A stretch of 64,000 bases of DNA from Eledone cirrhosa (GCA_964016885.1 OZ024741.1:369954001-370018000); one strand, 5' to 3'. Numbered from the stretch's first letter, positions 28,525-43,834 are shown. Notes: generated by a model not told the origin, from the letters alone. Made by a program: numbers and translations.

Positions 28525-29264
28525 ACAAACCTGGACCATCACTTTGATGTTTTGCAATATCTCAGTTAGGTTTCTGTAAATCCGAAATCTATAAAATCCG
28601 CTAGCAGTGTATGCAAGTTGTTGGTTCTGGAAGATCGAACAGAGGATTTACTTTCTCCACAGGCTTCCGTTCAGACGCCAGGCCGGTTGTGAGTGAGTAC
28701 ATGCTTCTCCAAAGGGAGCTAACACCCGGTTTTTGGCGGTCAAATTCAAATTTTGAGCAATGGAATAAGTTCCGTACACAAACTGAATTAAGTACTCAAC
28801 CAGATCGTTATTAAACAAACATACATAATTAACCAATCAATAGAATTGTCTAATTAAATTAATCAATTAATCATTAGGTCTAGGAGATAGTAATACAAAT
28901 GGAAGTACAGCATATTCATATATATATATGTCAGATAGTGTATCCTAAAAAAAAAAAAACAGGTGGAGCATAACGCACCAGAGTACTCGGTTCCCGCCGT
29001 TCGAATACTGGCGCTTTAGTTCGGATTTAGCTACGGTTGGAGCTCAGCCGTCGGGGTCCTGAACCTTTTCATATATATATATATATATATATACATTATA
29101 TACATTATACATAATATACATATATATAATGTAAAGAAAGCCAATGGCCGATACAGCTTGGTACCACTAACGTCACAACTTTTTCTACAGCTGAGTAAGC
29201 TTCAGCATCCCCAATCCTGGAATAGAACTACTAACCACTAAGCCATGCACCTTCACAGCTCCCC

Positions 29265-29363
<99 letters not shown>

Positions 29364-29691
29364 GAGAGAGAGAGAGAGATGTGTATACGAAAACATATGT
29401 ATAAAATAAACATATATATAAAATAAACATGTGTCGATGAAAAATATTTTTTCGTATCGAAATGAAACGAAAAAAATTACCTTTTTTCTATTTTCTTCTA
29501 TGAATATATCATAGAGTTGCCAGCATGTTTTGAGAATATCAGACACCGCTTTTTAGAGTACTAGAGTGGGTAATAGGAGAAATTATGACCCCGACGGCAG
29601 AGCTCAAGCCGTTTCGACGGCTATTTCTGGACTAAAGTAAGAGTTTTTTTTAGTCTGGTAAATAAATAGCCGAACATTTCAAGGGGTACTT

Positions 29692-29764
<73 letters not shown>

Positions 29765-30189
29765 TTTTCTATAATAATAATCAAGCTTTGGAGATAAAGT
29801 ATACAACCAAAAAGAAATTAGGTCTTTAAAATGTCACGTGATTCGCTTTGTGAGACTGCTGTCACTACAACTGTGAAAGTCCATATTTACTCTTACAACC
29901 TCTCATAGGATTTCTTCCATTAGTTTTAGGACTGAAATCCACCGATGATTTATCCCGTTAGTCTGAGTCATAAGATCTTTCTAATCTTTTGAAAACATTG
30001 AATGACTACTAAATTCAGTCTTTGAAATTGCATCATATAGGACGTGGTAATGAAACAGTTACAGTTCGGAGCAGTATATTCGATCTTACACTAACTCGTT
30101 CATCCACTGTTTAACGTATAGTGTACACTCTGACTTGCGGATTCGTATCCTTTACATACGATTTCTATAAATTCATGGAGTGAGTGGAT

Positions 30190-31460
30190 ATTCTGGAGGC
30201 AGATAACATCAAGGAAAAAAAATGAAGGTGATGATAATATCTAAATACACCAAGAGAATATGGAACATACTAAAACCATAACTGAATAGTAGAACCCCAT
30301 AAGTGCAGTAAATTCTCAAGCTGTGTCTATCATTAGGTACAATGCGGCAATTCTTAAATGGAATGTAAGCGAGCAAAAAGAACTGGATAGAAAGACAAGG
30401 ACATTAATGACCACCTACCGTATGTTTCATAAGAAGTGTGATGTTGATAGACTGTACTTAAGGAGATCTGAAGGAGGGAGATGTCTAATTAGCATGGAGG
30501 ATTGTGTTCAGATGGAGAAGAGCTGTCTACACAAATATGTGTCTGAGAGTAATGAGCCAATGCTTAAGGCTGTGTTGATGGGGGAGACAATAGACCAGGG
30601 TATGTCCAAGAAATCAGTAACAACAAAGAGAAAGAGCAACCTGAATGAAAAGGCCCTTCATAGCATCTCTTTAAAGAAAAGAGAATTCAGAGATCCGCAG
30701 ACATGTAATTGGTTAAAGAAAGGGGACCTTAAGAAAGCCACAGAGGGAATGCTACTGGCTCCCCAGGAGAAAACCCTTAGAATTAAGTCGATGAAACACC
30801 ATATTAACAAGGAGGAATATAACCCACATTGTAGGATTTGTGGAGAGAGAGAGAGGAAAGTGTAGCTCACATCGTATCCGAGTGTAAACATCTAGCCCAG
30901 ACTAACTATAAAGGATGGACGCCTGATATAGGTAAAGTGATTCACTGGCATTAATACAAACTGAATAAGTTACCTCATTCTGAGAAATGATATGAGCATA
31001 AGCCAGAGTCGGTAATAGAAAACGACCGGATGAAGGTGATGTGAGATTTCAAGATACAAATGGTCAAGGAATTAGAACATAATAGGCCTGACCGGGTGGT
31101 TTTTAACAAGGAAAAAATATATTGCTTGATTGTAGATGTAGCTTGCCCATTTGACACAAGGGTGCAAGAATAGAAGGAGATAATTAATTGGTAACAGAAT
31201 GAAAAGAATTTGGAAATGTCATGAGATCAAAGTCGTCCCAATCGCCATAGGAACACTAGGTACTATCTCGAAGGGCTTCCAAGACTAGTTAAAGAACATT
31301 AGCCCAGCTCCCCTTTTTTTTTAACACTCCAGAAAGCATGACTACTAAGAACAACAAGGACTCTCTGATATGTCCTGAATATCTGAGGTTGCAGGTAGCG
31401 GCTTGATGTTCATTAGGGCAAATTTTACGGTTAAATAACATCAATGACTGAGACATCAAA
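30190..31460 (+). mobile_element. R4/Dong-clade non-LTR retrotransposon, 3' part (pseudogenised)
   Basis: DVDRLYL.RSEGGR.L; CRICGE..E.V.HI.SEC (CCHC); HNRPD.VV......C.IVDVACP restriction-like endonuclease motif; ends in (TAA)n. Confidence 0.85.
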
Positions 31461-31470
31461 ATAATAATAA

Positions 31471-31838
31471 TAATTGTCTCTACTTTAGGCACAAGGACAG
31501 CAATTTGATGGGCAGGGGGAAGTCGATTAAATCGACTCCAGTACTCACTTGTGCTTTATCGACCCGGTAAGGATGAAATGCAAAGCTAACATCGGCGGGA
31601 TTTGAACTCAGAACGTAAAGGGTCGTAACTCTATGCTGCCAAGCATGGTGTCCGATGTTCTAATAGTAATTGTTTCTACTTTAGGCACAAGACCAGAAAT
31701 TTTTTGAAGAGGAGGGGAAAGTCGATTAAATCGACCCAGTGCATTACTGGTGCTTTATTTTATCGACCCTGTAAGGATCGATAAAATAACGTAAAGGGCC
31801 GTAACTCTAAGCTACCAAGCATGGTGTCCGACGCTCTA
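31471..31838 (-). mobile_element. Two tandem Meta-like SINEs
   Basis: Minus-strand consensus matches at 31471-31660 and 31666-31838. Confidence 0.8.
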
Positions 31839-32410
31839 ATAATAGTAATGATGTTTTTCGATTTTGATATCGTCGTTGATATCGTACGTTTATCCGTAAA
31901 TCGAGGCAGGCTTTGTGCATTGTGCGTGTGTATATTGGACATCCGTCGGTTTTGACGACGAGTATTCCAGTTGTTCGAACAAACAAACAAACAGTATTCC
32001 ACAGACATATTCCTTTAACTTAGTTCTCGGGAAGATTTAGCATGTCACATCACAGAGTGAGCAAAAACTGGACACTTGAGTTACAGGTACAACTCATTTT
32101 TGCCAGCTTAGTCAACTGCTACAGCGTAAAATAAAGTATTTTGCTCAGGGCCACAACACGCCGCACTGTCCAGGAATCGAACTCACGACATTACCAACAT
32201 GTGTCTAATACCGTAACTCCTTCGCTATGCGATTTCCCTGTTCAATGTAGAAAAACTTTGATGTATTTAAACATGTTTAGATATGTAATTGTTAGCTTGT
32301 GTTAACATCTCATTAATTCAATGATTAGAGTTAAACGAGATTGAAATACATTTCAGCGCCAATTAATTATATAGGTGTAAGAAATGTTCCAACACATTCT
32401 CTATTGTACA

Positions 32411-32471
<61 letters not shown>

Positions 32472-33149
32472 CATGCATACATACATACATACATACATAC
32501 ATACATACATACATACATACATACATACATACATACACACATACATACATACATACATACAAACATACATGCAATGTATATACAATGTGTATATTGTACA
32601 TATAAATTATTTAATAATTTTGCGCGCAATCATCTGCTGCTAATGAATAACTTTGGAATGACTTCAAACCAATAACTTAATGTCTAGGTTATGACATCTA
32701 AGTAATAGGTAGGAGGAATTAAGCCACATTTACGTTTCATTAGAATTCATTCTGGATAGAATAATTTTCTCGGAAACAGAGAGCTGATTCCTAATTAAGC
32801 TAACGGCAACGCCATTTTGTATTTATTTGGCTGACAACATTCACAAACATTATTCGTCCTCTCCTCAAACATCTCTCTCCATGCTGCTTTTGTTTTCTAT
32901 TAATTTTGTTTTTTCAATATAATTTGATTTGCACCACTTCCCTTTTTAAAGCAATCGTATGGTTTCTACCGTAGCCAATATTTTCGCTTATTTCTCTCCT
33001 CTTTAAAACTACTCATTTAATTAGCAACAAACAATGGAGAAAGGTTTGGCACGCTTCGTCAAAACAATCAGAAATAGAATTAGAAAGAGCGACGTGGAGG
33101 AGAAATACAGGGAAAAAGTACAATTCTAGATACTTTAACTCTTAACATC

Positions 33150-34340
33150 CTATAATGAAACAGCAGAAAATATCTAAAAGCAGGTTTATCAATTCAAATG
33201 TTTATAGTGTTTTTATTAGAGGACAGATTGTCCATTGTGCTGCTGAAACATTTAGATATGCAGCTGACAGTCATGGTGGCTGGTTTGTTGAAAATGATAC
33301 CGAGATCCAGAAACTCCTGTCTGCAAATGTCCACTGTGGGTTAGTACATGCAAGGTCATCAGATGTGTAACGGAATCTATCACTTAATCCTTACAAGAAT
33401 ATATAACCTCAACAACAGTCAAATACAGAATATGTGTTATATTCAAGGTTCCACTGATCCCAATGGCAGTGAGAAGTTCTATCATCTCATAAGTTAGATA
33501 TACAGGCCGAAAAAGTCAGTATCGGCTCCTTTGCTTTTTACAGATGACTCTATGTTGTTCACTAAATCAACTGAAATTTCAAAGAGAAAGCTACAAATAC
33601 GAGGAGCTTCAAAAAGTTCGAGGAAAAAGGATAATTGGTAAAAACGGTTTAGGTTATGATGTTTATTTTTCAACATATGATCTATCTAGGTCAACACACT
33701 TCTGCAAGCGTTGATACCAGCCTTTAAGTCAATCTGTGAAAAACTGAGGACCATGTAATTTAAACCATGTCAAAACAGGTTTTTTTACATCTTCAGCCTC
33801 ATCTCGTCCACTTCTAAAACGACTTATCCATTTGTAGGTTGTTGATTTCTTCGGAGGATTGTCCCCGTAAACTTGCTCCAGAGCGTCAATGATTTGGCTG
33901 CTTTTCCACCATTAATTTGAAGTTTTGATAGAAGCCATGTTGCTCGAGCGGGTGACGACTTCCGACTGGTGGCACCGCGTTGCAACATGCATTTGAGGAT
34001 TCATGTTAGAACATGTTATGACACGTTAGAACGAGAACGTACAGGTGCATTAAGATCAAAATCCCTGCATATGCTTTTTAACTATGTACTTTTTCCACGA
34101 CTTTTTGAAGTCCCCTCGTGCATGCATAAAAGCCAAATAGCATGGGAGCCTCTCCACGGTGACTTAACTTGTTAGAAATAGCTGTTAACTCGCCCAAAAT
34201 TATATTCTGCTGTCTTAAAGGCAAATAAATTGAATAATATAGTTTTAAGATACAAAGGTGAATGAATGTATGTACCAAGAAATAGGTTACAGTTGGGCTC
34301 CTGGGCGTCTGACAATTTGCATAGGAATACATCTTTTCAA
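33150..34340 (+). mobile_element. Old RTE-BovB-like LINE fragment interrupted by a mariner
   Basis: WFVENDTEIQKLL and IYRPKKSVSAPLLFTDDSMLFT resemble the RTE endonuclease-RT linker; APG..DN remnant after 34290. Confidence 0.55.
33598..34120 (-). mobile_element. Internally deleted mariner transposon
   Basis: TIRs (T/C)ACGAGG.G..TTCAAAAAGT; minus-strand IIDALEQVYGDNPPKKSTTYKWISRFRSG (HTH) fused to WYQRLQKCVDLDRSYVEK (C-terminus). Confidence 0.85.
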
Positions 34341-35489
34341 GGTGAATGTCATAAACTTATTTTATCATAAGCTTGAGCAGTTAGACCATGATGTACACAC
34401 AGACTGTCAACTCTCTCCGACCGACGGGGAGTTCTCTCACCCACTTTGGGGTGGGAGAGAGATGTATTCTCTTGTGAAATGGGTATAGCTTTCATTCATT
34501 ATGTAAAATCCCCCATTTTGCCTCATTTCTCCCCCATTTGAGGCACTTTTTTTTCACGGTATTCCCCGTTTCGGTTTTTAGAGGCTGGCAGGTCTGGTAC
34601 ACATGTTGAAATCTCGTATAGAAGAATCCTTCTCGGCCAAAGATAACTCGGGACAAAATAACATCAATTACAACAGCCACAAGAACAATAGTAACTACAA
34701 CAAACACCACCACGACCACCACCAAAGTCACCACAACATATCCCTCCACAAACCACTACACCAACCACATCAACTGCAAGCACCATCAAACACCACCACA
34801 ACAACGACATCAAACACCACCACCACCAACAACAACAACACAAATACTCCCACCACAACTACAACAACAACAGCAACAACTAACTAACGTGTTTCTCTTT
34901 CTCCCCCATCAACATTCATCAGCTATCGACCGTTTGAATTGAAATGAAAAATCGAAGAGCAACGCCATTGAAATTCCAATCATTATTTGCTCAAATTTTC
35001 CCCTCCTTATTCTAACCCTTTCTTTTATCTCTTCCTACACCTCTTCCTCTGACTATACCGTTATCTAACCCTCCCTCTTTCCCCTAATACTCCTCACACT
35101 ACAACTGTCTTTAATCTCCTCCTACTCCTCTTCACCCTACTACACCCTACATTAAAACTTACACCACCCTCTCTTTCTCCCTCCTCCTTATCATCATCAT
35201 TATCATCCCACTATCTCCTCTTTGCGCCTTATCTCCCTCTTACCATCTCCTACTTCTCATCCCACTACCCCTCCACCTTATATTAACCCTGCCTATTATC
35301 TCCTACACCACATCATCACCCCCTCTTCCTCTTGCTCATCATTTAACCGTCATTTGTTATTGATTATTGTTGCACTACAAAACTAAAAACACTGCCACAC
35401 CTTCATTGGTAAAACTATTGCTACTATTGGAAATTAATCGATTTAATTGAATCAGCAGCTTCTTGATACACATTGACTGCATGCTAAAT

Positions 35490-37055
35490 TCTTTGACTTG
35501 TGTTATTATTCCGAATTCGATAAAATAAAATACCAGTCATGCACTGGGGTTCAATGTAATTGGTTTTTTCCCCTCTCCACAAATTGTTGGCGTTGCCCCT
35601 AAATTAGTATTGGTATGGTCCCGTAACTCCTGATAGAGTCGTAGAGTCGTAGGGGCGCTGTATTGGCATGTGGCGTTTCTTGGGCATTTTAAGCCTAGCG
35701 AGGCACATCCTTCTCCAGGCCTGAATACAGCAGATTTCTTCCAGAGAAAGGAATAATCGACTCCAGTACTTGACTGGTACTTTTTTTTATCGACCTCGAA
35801 AGGATGAAAGGCAAAGTTGACCTCGGCGGGATTTGAACTCAGCGAGTAGAGAGTCGGAACGAATAGCATAAATCATTCTATCTGACGTTTTAGCAACTCT
35901 GCTAATTAGTCACCTGTCCCTAAATTAGAAATCATTAAAGGGCTGTGGATTGGCAGAATTGGTAGATCGTCAGACAAATACTTTGCAATATTTCTTTTTT
36001 CTCTTTACGTTCAGTGTTCAAATCTTGCTAAGGCTAATTTTTCTTTTTATCGTTCCGAGGTCGATAAAATAAAGTACCACGCGACTTTCTACTCCCCTGA
36101 ATTTCTGGCCTTGTGTCTAAATTAGAACTAATTATTATTAAAGGGGAGGGGGATTTCAGAATCGGTAGAGCGTCGGACAAAATGCTTTGCAGTATTTAAA
36201 TATAGCCCTTTATGTTCTGAGTCAAATCCCGCCGAGGTTAGCTTTGCCTTTCTTCCTTACGAGGTTGATAAAATAAAGTATCAGTAATGCACTGAGGTCG
36301 ATTTAGTCGATTTACCCCTTTCCTTTAAATTGCTGGCCTAGTGCCAAATGCAGAAAAATTATTATTAAGGCGGTAGATTGTGTTCAAATCCTATCGAAGT
36401 TAGCTTTGCCTTTCATCCTTACGGGATCGATAAATAAAGTACCATTCACGAACTGTGAACGATTTAATCGACTCACCCCACAAAAAAAGATTTTTTTGGG
36501 ACTTGTACCTAAATTATTAGCTTAGCAGACAAAATGCTTTGCGTCATATAGTTATGACCCTTTACTTTCTGAGTTATCTTTGCCTTTTATCCTTATGGTG
36601 TCGATAAAATAAAATAACAGAAACGCACTGGAGTCGATTTAATCGACTTACTCCTTCCCTTTAAATTGCTGGCCTTGTGCCAAATGTAGAAACAGTTATT
36701 CTTATTTAAGTACTTTTTGTTGTTGATTAGTTTTATTTTTCAAAACCGAGGTGTGTCATTTGGTGGAACTTGTGTGTGTATGTGGTTTGGTTTTTGACCC
36801 AGTGCGTTACTGGTGCTTTATTTTATCCAGCAGGATTTGAACGCCGAACGCAAAGGGCCGTAACTCTATGCTACAAATCTTGCTGTCCGACGCTCTACCG
36901 ATACTGGCAATCCACCTCCCTTAAAGTCTGAAAATAATTGTTTCGATTTTTGGCACAAGGCCAGCAATTACCCAGTGCATTACTGGTACTTTATTTTATC
37001 GACCCCGTAAGGATGAAAGGCAAAGTTAAGCTCGGCGTGATTTGAACTCAGAATG
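35490..37055. mobile_element. Cluster of about 8 Meta-like SINE copies or fragments in both orientations
   Basis: Repeated GATAAAATAAAGTACC and GGCCTTGTGCC modules separated by ATT tails. Confidence 0.8.
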
Positions 37056-37339
37056 GTTCAATAATGAAGGATTCATTGTGGTGTAGTGCTTGATATACCA
37101 ACAAAAGATGATGGATTAGTCACGGCTAAAGTGACAGAATAGGACTACCACCACCACCACCACCACCACCAACAACAAACAGCTGAAAACAAGAGACAAG
37201 GACATCACATGAGTAGAGATAAATTACATTTTAATGTTTCCATCTTTTTGAATAATTAAAGAATTAAATAGGAAAAACAACAAAAACAAGACGAGATTCC
37301 GTCGATATATCAGACTTTTGAAGACGGTATTAATAATAT

Positions 37340-37360
37340 TAAAACTACTATTACTACTAT

Positions 37361-37424
<64 letters not shown>

Positions 37425-37847
37425 ACTACTACCACCACCACCACCACCACCACTACTACTACTTCTACTACTACTACTACTACTACTGCTGCTGCTGCTA
37501 CTACTACTGCTGCTGCTGCTACTGTTATAGCTATTACTATTGCTAGAAGAAGAAGGAGGGGATGGGTAAGGGGGAGAAAGTAGGAGGGGTAGGGGAGGAG
37601 GAGGAAGAAGGTAGGAGGAGGAAGAAGGTAGAAGGGGTAGGGGAGGAGGAGGAAGAGGAAGGGGCGGAGAAGTAGGAGGGGTAGGGGGAAGAAGTAGGAG
37701 GGGTAGGGGACGAGGAGGAAGAGGAAGGGGAGGAGAAGTAGGAGGGTATGGGAGGAGGAGGAGGGGAAGAAAGAGGTTGAGGAAAAGGTGGATGAGGTGG
37801 ATGATGAGAAGAAGAAGAAGAAGAAGAAGAAGAAGAAGAAGAAGAAG

Positions 37848-37878
<31 letters not shown>

Positions 37879-38400
37879 GAAACGCCAATGAGTGGCAAAA
37901 TTCTTCTCTGATGCACCATTACAAAGACCATAACACACAACACCACAGCACACCGCAATACAACATACAACACTCCACCACACCAAACAACACAGCACAT
38001 AACACAACACAACACCATACTCCACACAAAAGTACACCACACAACACATCACACAACACAACATCACAGAACACAACACCACACACACACTACACTACAC
38101 CACACTACACCACACAACACCACACTACACTAAACCTAACCACACCTCACAAGACACAACAGAGCATCAAACAACACCACACAACACAACGCATAACACC
38201 ACACAACGACAACACCATACAACACAACAACACACCACACATAACACTACACCACATAACACTGCACCATACCACAAAGAACACAATACTACACCACACC
38301 ACATATGACTACACAACAACATACTCCAACACCACACGGCACAACACCACACAACACAACACAAGACCACATAACACAACACCCCACTACAATACAACAG
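37340..38400. repeat. Compound trinucleotide (CTA/CTG/CCA/GGA/GAA) and degenerate (CACAA/CACCA)n tract
   Basis: Directly visible. Confidence 0.92.
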
Positions 38401-38549
38401 AAGGCTAAATAACAACAGCAGCAATGGTGAAATTTATTGGTAATCGTCACGCAGGGGTGAAGAAAAAAGGTCAAAGGTCAAAGGTCATATAATGAAGAAA
38501 CAATAAATGAAAATTAGAAGAACTAATTTCTTCTGTGACGCAAACGTAC

Positions 38550-38587
<38 letters not shown>

Positions 38588-38691
38588 GTGCACACACACA
38601 CACATATATACACATATATATATACATATATACTTATATATATATATATAAATTATATGTATATATATATATATACTGTATATATATATAC

Positions 38692-38754
<63 letters not shown>

Positions 38755-39331
38755 GTGCGTGGCTGAGTGGTTAAAGAATTAGATTCACAATCGTGAGGTT
38801 TTGAGTTCGATTCCCGAACCGGGCGATGCGTTATGTCCTTGAGCAAGACACTTTATTTTCACGTTGCTCCTTCTACCTGGAGTTGCGACCGATAGATAGT
38901 ATTAGCAATTGGAAAGACCAATGGAAACATTGTTTCCTCGGTCCGATTTGACGAAAGTCGATCGACTGTCGATATATATACATATACATACAGACACACA
39001 CGCGCGCACACACACACACACATATATTATATATATATATATATGATGCCTGCAAACTCTACTAAGAATATTGCAATCGCTTGTCAGAGTTTGGTGCACT
39101 TTTAGGCTATAGCCACACAAACCTGTAACATATCCTGAACAAGCAATGCCTGTGCTTTGAAGGGTTTTAAAGTGGGAAAAGGCCTTGCACTCGACCAATC
39201 CCACTCTCTGAGCATCCAAGACACTACCCGAAAAGGAGAACTGGTCAACATCACCGGATGCTTCCGAAGCCACAGGTTTATTTTTCTCAGAGTTTCCCTC
39301 TGTTATTTTTCATTTTGTAAAAAAACCTCAC

Positions 39332-39514
<183 letters not shown>

Positions 39515-39527
39515 TATACATACAAAC

Positions 39528-39560
<33 letters not shown>

Positions 39561-40041
39561 ATACAAACACATATGTACACATACATATACACAATTATAT
39601 TTGCAGTAGCACTAACATAGCGTGGTTCATAAACATATCGTACATTAAGGCATATACGATATGTTTATAACAATATACTTACAAGAGTCTCGCTATAAAT
39701 GTTTTAAACTGTGATCATATCTCAGATATTCTAGTAGCACGGTGAGAACGCCATTCATAACTTTGTCGAAGGTATTGATGATTTAAGTAACAAAAAAAAA
39801 AGAAAAAAAAAGATAATGAGCTGTTTCTCCGAAACGAACCGAGGAGACGATGTTCCTGTTCATCGTTCAATTGCTGAAACTATGTTAGTTACCACTAATG
39901 GCAGACTTCTCTCTAAGCGTGAAGGTAATAAGACTTTTTGTTTTTGCATCTCTGTGATTGTCTTCTCTATTCTTGAACTATTTATTCCATGTACTGTGCC
40001 GTTTGTTTTGTTAATTTTGATATTTCTTTTTACCTTTTATT

Positions 40042-40108
<67 letters not shown>

Positions 40109-40111
<3 letters not shown>

Positions 40112-40271
40112 AACCAGTAAGACCCCGACAGCTGAGCTCAAGCCGTTTCGAAACGGCTTGAGCTCAGCTGTCGGGGTCTTACTGGTTCCTATTACCCACT
40201 CTACTACCTCAAGTATTGAGTACTTTGGTGCGTTATGGTCCACCTGGTTCCTTACCACATTTCCTTCGTTA
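40109..40271. mobile_element. Family A perfect fold-back centred on GTTTCGAAAC
   Basis: No spacer; symmetry axis near 40149-40150, immediately before the HHR GAAA box. Confidence 0.88.
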
Positions 40272-40471
40272 TATATATATATATATATATATATAACATT
40301 TTTTTTACTTTTGGCACAAGGCCTTTAGTTATCCCAGTGCGTTACTGGTACTTTATTTTATCGCCCCCGCAAAGTTAACCTCGACGGGATTTGAACTCAG
40401 ACCGTAAAGGGCCGTAACTATGCTGAAAAGCATGGTGTCCGGCCCTCTACCGATACTGCCAATTCACCGCC

Positions 40472-40520
<49 letters not shown>

Positions 40521-41394
40521 AAACACAAAAAAGGGTTATGTTTTCATTTACCAGATTTTTTATATTTTAATTTTACCTCTTAATTATTATGTATCTTCTC
40601 CACTTTTCGTAGACCTTATATCCTTCACTATTGTGGTTCTCTACTCCTTGTAAATGAAAACATAACCCCTTTTTGTGTTTTCTTCGCTATATACTGAATT
40701 ATTGAGAGCCGGGTAATTTCATCCTTGAGCTCATAAAATTACAAGGGATTAACACGAGCCTTTAACTCCGTTTTTTTCAATATATATATATATATATATA
40801 TATATGCCAACGAAATCACTAAGACAACAATATTACTAAACCGACTACCGTCGGTTTAGGATAACGGCTATGAATTAGTTTTGCGAGGTTTTTTATCGTG
40901 TGTCGAAACAAATATTGTCATACTTGGGGAGGGTCATATTTGTGTAATAATATTGCCAGAAATAATAACAGAACATACTCACTGTTTGGTTGGTTTTCGC
41001 TTCTGTGTCCTTTATATCGGTTAATTTAATTTATTCGGTCCTCAATGTTACCATTGACTGACCAACGGTAAAAAATACAGATATAATATAGACACAAACA
41101 CATATATATATAGTCTAACAAAGTTCTTTCGTTGCACATCTGCAACATCGTCAGTGGTGCTATAATGTTTCCTCCCGTTGCATTGATGCCTACGCCATCT
41201 TTATTTAGTCTGTTTATTTATTAAATAATGGTAACATTGAGGACCGAATAAATTAAATTAACCGATATAAAGGACGCAGAAGCGAAAACCAACCAAACAG
41301 TGAGTATGTTCTGTTATTACTTCTGGCAATATTATTACACAAATATGACCCTCTCTAAGTAAAACAATATGTATATATATATATATATATATAA

Positions 41395-41630
41395 ATTAAT
41401 AAAAACAATGAATAAAAACAAAGAACAAGTTCCTTATATTAACATTTTTTTTAATATAAGGAATTTGTTCTTTGTTTTTATTCATTGTTTTTATTAATTT
41501 ATCTTGACTCTGTTTTCCTATGATTTTCATCGAAAATCTTTGAATGCATCTTCTCTTTTCATGATATTGGGATTGCATTGATTTCTTCATACGGATTGGA
41601 CACTACCGTATATTTTGGTAGATTAATCTA
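41395..41630. mobile_element. Family O fold-back (larger copy 50295-50826)
   Basis: AATTAATAAAAA.AATGAATAAAAACAAAGAA inverted pair; shared downstream sequence. Confidence 0.8.
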
Positions 41631-42017
41631 CATATATATATATATGATATTCAAAACAACGAACAGCGGAGGACACGTTTCGCACCATTCCGACAGACAA
41701 CCCCCACCCCCACCCACCCGGAAAAAACCCCAGCTGATGGATGTGAATCCGAAATATATAGGGACAATTAAATCTCTCCCAAGGTAACTCTTTCGCGTGT
41801 TGTTACTTTTATTTTTATCCTTTACGCTCTTTCCTTCATTCCTCTACAATTTACAGTCTTATACACGCCACGCATCTCAACGTACACCCACTTACATCTC
41901 TCTCTCCACCACCGGATCTTGTTACCCGGAGATTTACCCATCTGCATTGTCGAGGCTTCCAAACGACTTAAAGAAATTTACCTTATTATTTCGCAATGCT
42001 TCAAGCAAACTTTAATA

Positions 42018-42101
<84 letters not shown>

Positions 42102-42452
42102 TCCCGTAACTCCTAAGGGAGTCGTAGAGGCACCGTATATTGACATTTTCTAGGACATTTTAAAACCTGGTGGAGCCAAAACGAATACTGCAATGCATTC
42201 TATTCAACGTTCTGCCAATTCGCCGCCTGTTTCGGCATTACTTCCGATTAATTGTAAAGCATTTAGTTGGATATGTTTTGTGATTACGTTTAGCTTTCTG
42301 TATCTTTTACCTTAAGAATATCTTTCATATCTTCCACCTATACCTACGTAAACACATTAAGCTTTGTATAAGACTATTTGACAATCATATAGACTCTTCT
42401 ATGCTAATAGAATTATAATTTTACCTTGCTCTCTCTCTCTATATATATATAT

Positions 42453-43373
42453 ATACAAGGATCGGAATTAAGAGTATTCCGCAGTTCACAGTAATAATAA
42501 TAATATTAGCTCAAAGAAGAATAGAGAATTTTCTTCTGAGCTCAAATACAAATATATTACACAAAGAGAAGTGTGTTACACAGTGAGATGTGTGTAAAGA
42601 ATTATTACAAGTGAGTTTAACCGTTACTGTATGGAGAACAATATCTACATGTTAGCAATTAAATAGAAAAAAGCTAAGTCAGAATCAAATCTCTGAAGTA
42701 GAGTTTTAAATTACCAACCTTATAACTATAAGCTTGCTGATACGAATCTAGTTCGTTTCGCCACAGAAATGTGCAGTTTAACAGCCCACAGATTCCTCAG
42801 TCAGCAAGTGTGGATTCTGTTCACGACACATCTAACCTCATGGATAGAGAGAAAGCTAATATACACGCTGCCCAGAGTAGGGCGAAATCACGTGTTATTT
42901 GCATCAAATAACGGCTTTCATGGATTGGGGGAAATGCTAGAGAGAGCAGCCCAACCATTCGAATTTATTAGCTCAACAATTTGGAGCTCGTTAAGTATAC
43001 AAGGATGGGAATTAAGAGTATTCCGCAGTTCACAGTAATAATAATAATATTAGCTCAAAGAAGAATATAGAATTTTCTTCTGAGCAAGCTTATAGTTATA
43101 AGGTTGGTAATTTAAAACTCTACTTCAGAGATTTGATTCTGACTTAGTTTTTTTCTATTTAATTGCTAACCTGTAGATATTGTTCTCCATACAGTAACGG
43201 TTAAACTCACTTGTAATAATTCTTGACACACATCTCACTGTGTAACACACTTCTCTTTGTGTAATATATTTGTATTTGAGCTCAGAAGAAAATTCTGTAT
43301 TCTTCTTTGAGCTAATATTATTATTATTACTGTGAACTGCGGAAAACTCTTAATTCCGATACTTGTATACTTA
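42453..43373. mobile_element. Family K: 544-bp unit (1.16 tandem copies, minus sense) plus inverted arm 43083-43373
   Basis: TACAAGGAT.GGAATTAAGAG at 42454 and 42998; right arm is the reverse complement of 42453-42738. Confidence 0.85.
42733..42808 (-). ncRNA. Type I HHR, family K
   Basis: CUUGCUGA CUGAGGA (34 nt) GAAA CGAA cuaga UUCG UA UCAGCAAG; 8-bp stem I, 5-bp stem III; stem II pairing uncertain. Confidence 0.78.
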
Positions 43374-43739
43374 GAAAAACACTTAGAAAAAAAGTTTGTA
43401 TCACTAGAGTGAGTGAGCGGGAAGGAACCAGCCAACCAGCGAGCCAGCCAACAAACATAGATTTTGCAATTAACCGTCATTTTTGACGGCACGGGATCAG
43501 CAACTATATAATAAAAGACCTATAAGTTTTAAAAAGCCGGGACAAAGCGATAGAAATATATCATGTTGAAATATACTTTGTTTTCTTTTATTTCTCATCC
43601 TTTTCCCTTTATATGTTTCAACTGCATTGTACCGGCTTTTTGAAACTTATCTGTCTTTTATTACATATCCCACAATGCTTCGTATCAACTATACTACTTT
43701 ATATATATATATATGTCTATATATATATTTATATATATG

Positions 43740-43834
<95 letters not shown>

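Noticed and set aside
37224-38474. Poly-L/S/P and NTTQH ORFs
   Set aside because: Compound simple repeats
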